Below are positions 34,002-40,584 of a stretch of 40,584 nucleotides of DNA, piece after piece. Below the pieces are notes generated by a model, which saw nothing but the letters and a program-made list of their open reading frames with translations, was not told the DNA's origin and searched no databases. The position numbers and the translations under genes are program-made. Every line of letters starts with the position of its first letter. Position 1 is the first letter of the stretch. Source of the stretch: Phoronis australis. Taxonomy: Eukaryota > Animalia > Phoronida. The stretch is taken from contig NMRA01000888.1 in assembly GCA_002633005.1 (NCBI GenBank), positions 1 through 40,584 of the forward strand, read 5' to 3'.

Positions 34002-37000
34002 GAATATACTATTTTGAATTTTTACATGAAAGTAATAATCCTGACGATTTTCCTTATTTCATATGTTTCTTTTTCAACGTTAAATTCAATCTTGTTTTCT
34101 TGTCTCCTCCTATGGTAGTTGTGGTCATGAACTGAAGTACAGCCGTTTGGTTAAGATTTTATTAGGCAAACGTTAAATAAGGAAGTCACGACGAGTTGAT
34201 CGAAAACACTGAGACAGCCTCGATAGAAAATTCGGTCATGGTTATGTAGCGGATGTCTGTCCGTGTATGATAAGAGTTCATTTCGCGATCGCGGTCTCAC
34301 AAAAAACATTGCAACACAGTCGTACCATTCTGTAGGTGAAGACGTTATTTTTGAAGGATGTACGTAGCATAGTGTCATCTGGGGGACCAAGTTTCGATGG
34401 AAAGTGTCCTCGTAAGCCCTAAAAACGGCCTGCTGATTGTTTTTTTTCGTCGTGTCCGCGGGGGTTAGCCGCCCCCTCGCCCCTCCCATAAATCGGCCTA
34501 AGACTTTACAGCCTAAACCTACTTCTATTTAACTAAAAGATTCCGGCAATTCACCCCATATTGCCACCAACCTATATATGCTATACAAATTTCCGAAGCT
34601 CATAGTTTTTCTTCCGGCTGATGATTGATTTCATTAGCAGCATTAGAGAGCAGTTCCGATGAATTGGTGTCTCGACACTTATTGAAAATATTATGTACAC
34701 ATGAGTTTGGTAATTTTTTTGCAACGAGCGTCACTCGTAATGGCGTTTAGCTAAATAAAACATGTCAGGTAAAAAGGCGAAACAAAATTATACAGCATAA
34801 ATCTGTTGTCACTCTCAAACCAAATGCTGGGATTCCCACATTAAACTGTGAATACAAAGTTTAATACCTACCAATACATTTTAGTCACTCAAAAACTATA
34901 ATTCGACATCTTATCGTTGCACAAAATCAATTGGTTGCTAAATTCTAACGAGCAATGAATATGAAATACATCATTATTTTATTGTTTTGTATTCTGATAA
35001 AATCTTTATATTTCCGTTGCATTAGAAATCTCCAGGGGGTTATTAAAACTGTTTTTAAATTGCGATAGTGCGTTGGCAATTATAAAAAAATCAATTATTT
35101 AAAGCGGCTCGTTCTTCAAGTGAATAACCGAGAAATGCATGGAAAGAAAATGAAAATTTCGTTGTTTGTATTTTAAATTATTACTTTGTTTTTCTTTAGC
35201 TTTACCATGCAAATTATATTTAGATCCAAATTTTTCTCGTGAAGATAGTCGTACACAAGGTTCATGAACACCCAGGCAATTAAAGACAATTTCGGGACGA
35301 TTTTAGAAAATTAAATTACACGCTATTTCTTTATGGATATAAGACAATCATTAGACCCATCTAGTTTGTCTTGAGTCATTCAATTTTTAAAACATCGTCA
35401 ATTGAACTAGTGTATCATTACAATTAATATTCTTTGTACGGCACTTCCAAATACCCCGTCAGCTGCGTGAAGGTCAACAATGAAGTCTCTTGATAGCAGA
35501 AGACTAAACTCAAAACACTCGAGTGATGCATCAAAATTACGACAATTTTCCTGCTCCTCTAAAAGATGTTTTTTGACCGATAACAAACAACCGCCACGTG
35601 TTTGAAGACAGATAAAGCCTCTTAATTGCTTCGAGATGTAGTTTTAATTATCAATAAAATAGCAGCTTTAGTTTGACAAGGTGGATTCATTAAGTTTTAA
35701 TTAATGTTTAAGATAACTGAGATTATGGGTGATAATAACGAATGGTTTCTAGCCGATAGTAATTGATTTCTACTCTTCAGTGCTTTAAGGGGTTTGCTTA
35801 TTTCTAGTCATATTTAAGATGGTTATAGAAAACAATTTCAAAATAGTTTTGCACACATGCTCCTATGACGTCATTTTGCGTATTGAGATACTGTGTACAT
35901 ATCAGCGTCTATGTAATTATTATATTTAATTAACAGATACTGGTAAATTGCTGATTATAAACATAGGCGGATTTAAGGGGGGGGGGGGGCAGGGGCAAAA
36001 AAATTAAAACAGCACGAACGTAGGGAAATGTTGAGTTTATTAATTAACCCCGGTAATTAACATTATGCTGCTGAAACAAGATTTAAATGTGTGCAATTTT
36101 AGTGTGTTTGGGGGGAGGGGTCTCGGATCCAATTTCAAGTGTCAAATTCGGAACACACTGCGCAATCGCAAGTATTGGCTCTCCCGCGATATCCCAGGCG
36201 ACCGGCAGTGGTGCTACACACTAAGACTCCGTTTCCGTCGTCTGCTTCAATGTGCAATGGAGAAAATTAATTCATTTTTTTAAAAAAATGAAATCTGAGT
36301 GACGATAAAAAATTGAAGCTGCTGGTAAGATGTGAATTTTAATCGAAGCCTTAGTGAATAACTCAGAAACTCATAATTCTCTCTTTGTTAAACCTTAACT
36401 TAAAACGATTTCCAAATCAATCGCGTCATTAATGCCAACACAAAAAACGGATTTGGTCTTTTGGGCAGTTGAAGACTATTTCAAATACAACAAATTTGTT
36501 ACGAACTGATTGTACAAAATATAAAAAGTATAATAAGCATTACAAAAAGAATTAAGTTTCGCGCGCAAACGCTGTGGACCATAAACAAGTAGGTCTCTTA
36601 GTACCAAACTACGAGTGAAATCGTGAAATCGTGGTGGTGCTGTGGTAAAGAACGAGCGCTCTATCCGCCAGGTCGTGAGTTCGAGCCTGTGATAATTGCA
36701 GTTTTTCAAATTTTACACGTTCTCCGTGTTTTTTTTCTTAGATAATACATCAGGAATCAAGGGAAATGCTTGATTTTTAGAATAAAAAAAGAAAAATTTT
36801 CCCTACCTCCCCCCACTCGGTGCTATGCGCATCTACAATCGTGCTTTGCGCTTATGTTTGCAGACAAAATGTTGGGCCCCCCGCCACTGATATAATTGCG
36901 CAAATCTCGTGTGAAAAAGGCGAAATGACACTCATGTGATGGATGGCATAACATTTGGCTGCAAACAGTAATTGCACAGATATCGGGTCCGCAGCCGAAA

Positions 37001-38734
37001 GAGCACTAGACCAACAATCTAGAGACCTGTGGTTTGATTTTAGTGAAATCGGATCCAAGAGGGTCCCATGGCGGGCATTTATGCGTTTTTTTTTCTAAAA
37101 ATGCTATAAAACCTTTAGATATCGATGATTCCCACGAAGAGTTATAAAAATCGCTTTCGCTACGATTTGTGATTCTCGAGTTGAGATTTTTGTCTAGATA
37201 ATTTATTGTAGAAATCTCCCTTCTTCACATTTAAAATTTTGATGAGCTTTGAGAAATAACTAAAAGCAAAAGGTATTATTAAAATGACATCATAATTTTT
37301 GATTGAATTTTCCCCAAACGACAATTTTAATATCTCAATTTCATATAAGAGAAACTCAAGCCACTTCATAAATGTAAGACATGTTTAGGGAGGGTTCAAT
37401 TACAAGATACTTGACTCAATAAAAGCATTTGCTTGAAATAGAATTCGATAACCACGCAATGCGTCTTTAAATGTTTTTAAAGCAAGGTATTTTTTGTTTA
37501 AAATGTGCCAAAATGTTCTCGCAATTTATTATGGACATTCCGCACTTGGCATAAATGACCAGACTTTTATTTTCTGTAGATGAAAGATGCATTACGACTG
37601 AAATGGAAATCAAAAATTCCTTATTAGAAGGTTTTCACCCATGATATTCAAATGCTCCAAATAGGAATTTATGGAATGGTGTGAAACAATCGATTCCGTC
37701 TGGCGACCACTTTTTGTGTTGATTAGTAGTGACCTCTTTTGGAACACTGATAAGCCTTGTCAGCGGGTCTGACCAGAAACCCCGAGTGTCTTTGGTTGGA
37801 ACGGATCAACACGACTTTTCATTAACTTCACAGTTTAATAATATCTGGGCCGTATTTTTCCACTATTCGACATAACTTCTACAGGTACAAACTAACTAGG
37901 AGACGATGTTTGAAATTCTGGTGCTATCTGCCAAAAATACTTTGCAGCGGTATTGAAAAATTTCCTGTCTGAGAAGTGGGAAATCTTTTTGACGGTAAGT
38001 TAATCGGTACCGTGATAGGCCGTGGAAGTTTAAACGATCCTCATGCAAAGTAAAGGCGACTACAAACGTTCTCAAAGCATTAGTTTTTTGTACAAATGAT
38101 AGGTTTCTGTGATTATCAGTAATTTGGTTACAAAAGTAGCAACTGGCATTCATAACAACTTTAACCCTACTCCCTCCTGGCCGCCTACACACGTGACCAA
38201 ACAAGGCGAGAAAATTAGTCACCGCATTTCGTCGCCACTTAGGTTCTCTTCATGAGCGCATTTATCCTCGACGTGTGAAACCGGCTCGTGTAAGGTATCA
38301 AAATTCATTGTTCACTATATGGTGGGACTTGGATATATATTGACCAGAAATGTCACCAGGCATCTATGATAATGAGTTCCCTTAGTACGGGCCACCGAGA
38401 TAAATATAACTATAGTTGAAGTACGTGAATTTCGTTGAGCGGAGTGGTCCGCCATCTTGCTGATGAACCATGTTAATCGAGATGCGCGTGTACTGTGGAG
38501 TATCTAGGAACTAATATTGGTAACAACACGGGATTTCAAGTAAAAACTCATAGCTTTAATGTCAGAATAATCATGTGCAAACTAGGATTTTTACTTGTTA
38601 GAAAATGGGCCAAGAAAATCATTGGATATTTGAGCACAGAATTAAGGGGTCTTAACACTTATCTTTAATTATAGCAGAAAACATCAAAGATAACGGTTTG
38701 ACTTCTGGTATTAGATCAAGAATCGATTGGTATA

Positions 38735-38968
38735 CATGTGCGCACCCGGGGGGGGGGGGGCTCGGGGGGCTCGAATGTGCCCCCAATTTGGCGAAGTGGG
38801 CAAAAAGTCCGCCTCTGAGATACAAAAAGTCCGAGAAAATGAGGCATAAGTCCATTAAACATGCGCAAACGCGTAATTCACAGTGGTGCTCCGCCCACTC
38901 TCTTCTTACCAAAAGGTCCACAAAGTCAGGAATTCGTCACCCCATATTGAAGGCTGGGTGCGCGCATG
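38735..38968. mobile_element. MITE family A copy
   Basis: TIR CATGTGCGCACCC / GGGTGCGCGCATG. The interior matches 8305-8553 in reverse. Confidence 0.8.
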
Positions 38969-40312
38969 TTTTCTTTGATTCGGCCGTCCAAGCAGAGGTG
39001 TTCATCGGCACACGCGGATAATCGATGTACACGTGCGTGTCTTACCCAACCACTTCAGGGTGTTTTTCTTTTTTCATTGAAATACTTAATGTTAACATTT
39101 CAGTTTCTATAACTCTATACTTTTGCAAATTTTGCTCCCAACTTTTATTCAAAGTGGCTTATGCCCTCAATTTCGAATGTGCACATGTAGGCTACACAAA
39201 CATATACAGTTCCATGATTGGTCAATTGTTGCATTCAATGACACACCTTTACATACACGCATACTCAGTGCTGTTTGTATGCTCATCGATTTCCATGGGT
39301 TTTTTTAATTTTTTTCTACTTAGTGTTCAAGTGTTTCACACGAACGCGTGCCTCAAATCTTTTTGTTTGAATAAATCATGTGGCGTCGGGTCAAGGAATT
39401 TTTAGACCCATACTAAAAATTTGGGGAATGCAGTGATGTAATGGCGCGCCGGGAGGATCGAGCGGCCCCCTTGACAGCTGATCGTCTTGTCGGTTTATAA
39501 ATAACTGAAAAACAGGTGCTATACAATTCTAACGACGAAAAAGGTAAATCATGTTGCTGTTCAATATCATTTTCTAAACATTTCAGTGATTGTCTTCTCG
39601 ACTAAGCCGGCAAAACCTCCCAAGCCCTAGCAGCACTCCCTGTGAATTTCAGCAAACACATTAGGAATTTTGTCTTTGAAATGGCTTATACGACCGTTTA
39701 AGCAATGCAAGGTTCACTCATTTACATTGCCTTATGTTACCAATATTTTAAAACCTCGTTAGTATTTAAAATTTCAAACTTGCACGTTTTCGATAAATTT
39801 GACCTCAAAAATCTGACTTTTTGCAAAATTTGGCGCAGAAAACCAACAACACTAGACAAAAACTGAATGATAATTTGATTGGGTTTTAATCATGTGAAAT
39901 TACCGGATGAGAAAAGTGATAAATATTATGACATTAGGTGAAAAATTGTTCAAAAAGAGAAAAAGAAAAAAAATAGTTAGCAGCACCTTCTGTTGGCCAG
40001 AAAACATACTACTATATTCTGAACTCCTGCCAAACAAACAATACTGTTAACCATTTGGAACTTGATAAAGATTTGATATCACAACCTACATATGAACAAC
40101 ATACAATTCCAACGCTTCTGCAAGGAATTCACTCTCATCACTTTTATTGATTGTCACAATTAATTATCATTATCCACACTGCAGTTCATTGTCAACTGTC
40201 ACAGGAAATGATACAATCTGCAGTCCCGACAGTCACCAGGATGATAAAATGTTGTCAATATTTTCCATTAGGTTAAAAATTTAAAGTTCTTTAACAACAT
40301 AGCATACACTTA

Positions 40313-40527
40313 TTATGTTTCTTCATCCACTCCATCATCATTTATATCATCATTATTGTCATCAAAAGTTGTTTTTTGACTGAGACACCGTGTCCACACA
40401 GTCTGGACAGTCACACAACTTAGAACATGACATGCCCGACTTCAAACAAGAGCACATTTTTTACTACAACTACTTCTTTTACACTTTTCATGGCATTCTC
40501 TGGTGCTAAAGGCAGAATCATCCAGTG
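40313..40527 (-). pseudogene. Frameshifted C-terminal CXC (tesmin/TSO1-like) cysteine cluster, probably a transposon protein relic
   Basis: Minus-strand pieces WMILPLAPE, CKRSSCSKK, MCSCLKSGMSCSKLCDCPDC and DDNNDDINDDGVDEET*. Confidence 0.6.
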
Positions 40528-40544
40528 GAGCTTCAGACTACCCT

Positions 40545-40584
40545 CAGGGGGGGATCCAGGATTTTGAGTTAGGGGGAGGGGGGG
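40545..40584. mobile_element. Start of a CAGGGG..GGATCCAGGATTTT-type MITE, cut by the window edge
   Basis: Typical hAT-like MITE terminus followed by a G-run. Only one end is visible. Confidence 0.45.

Noticed and set aside
37896-39405. Several ORFs of 60-126 aa
   Set aside because: No recognisable domains; two overlap MITE family A and the rest are compatible with chance.

Overview
Animal genomic DNA: AT-rich, intron-containing, probably a bilaterian invertebrate (taxon cannot be fixed from sequence). Two genes lie tail-to-tail. (1) A complete centriolar CENPJ/CPAP/SAS-4 orthologue on + with 19 coding exons (1861..27525). My manual GT-AG splicing stays in frame and gives about 1333 aa, with the PN2-3 tubulin-binding region, coiled coil and C-terminal TCP/G-box domain. 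One exon appears twice, on either side of a single N. (2) A TAL1/SCL-family bHLH gene on - (31914..32639) with a probable leader exon carrying a uORF and a GATA/Ets/E-box-rich promoter. Introns and intergenic DNA hold many DNA-transposon relics: a TTAA-flanked Kolobok-like element with a THAP remnant, two inverted copies of a TA-ended element carrying a HIRAN-like relic, a Helentron-associated-like element with eight phased CTCF-like motifs, foldback palindromes, several MITEs and a CXC-domain relic. No prokaryotic features, CRISPR or rRNA. The best leads are the CTCF-motif array, the HIRAN-carrying element flanking the start exon, the CENPJ-TAL1 linkage and the TAL1 uORF. None is proven novel without database searches.
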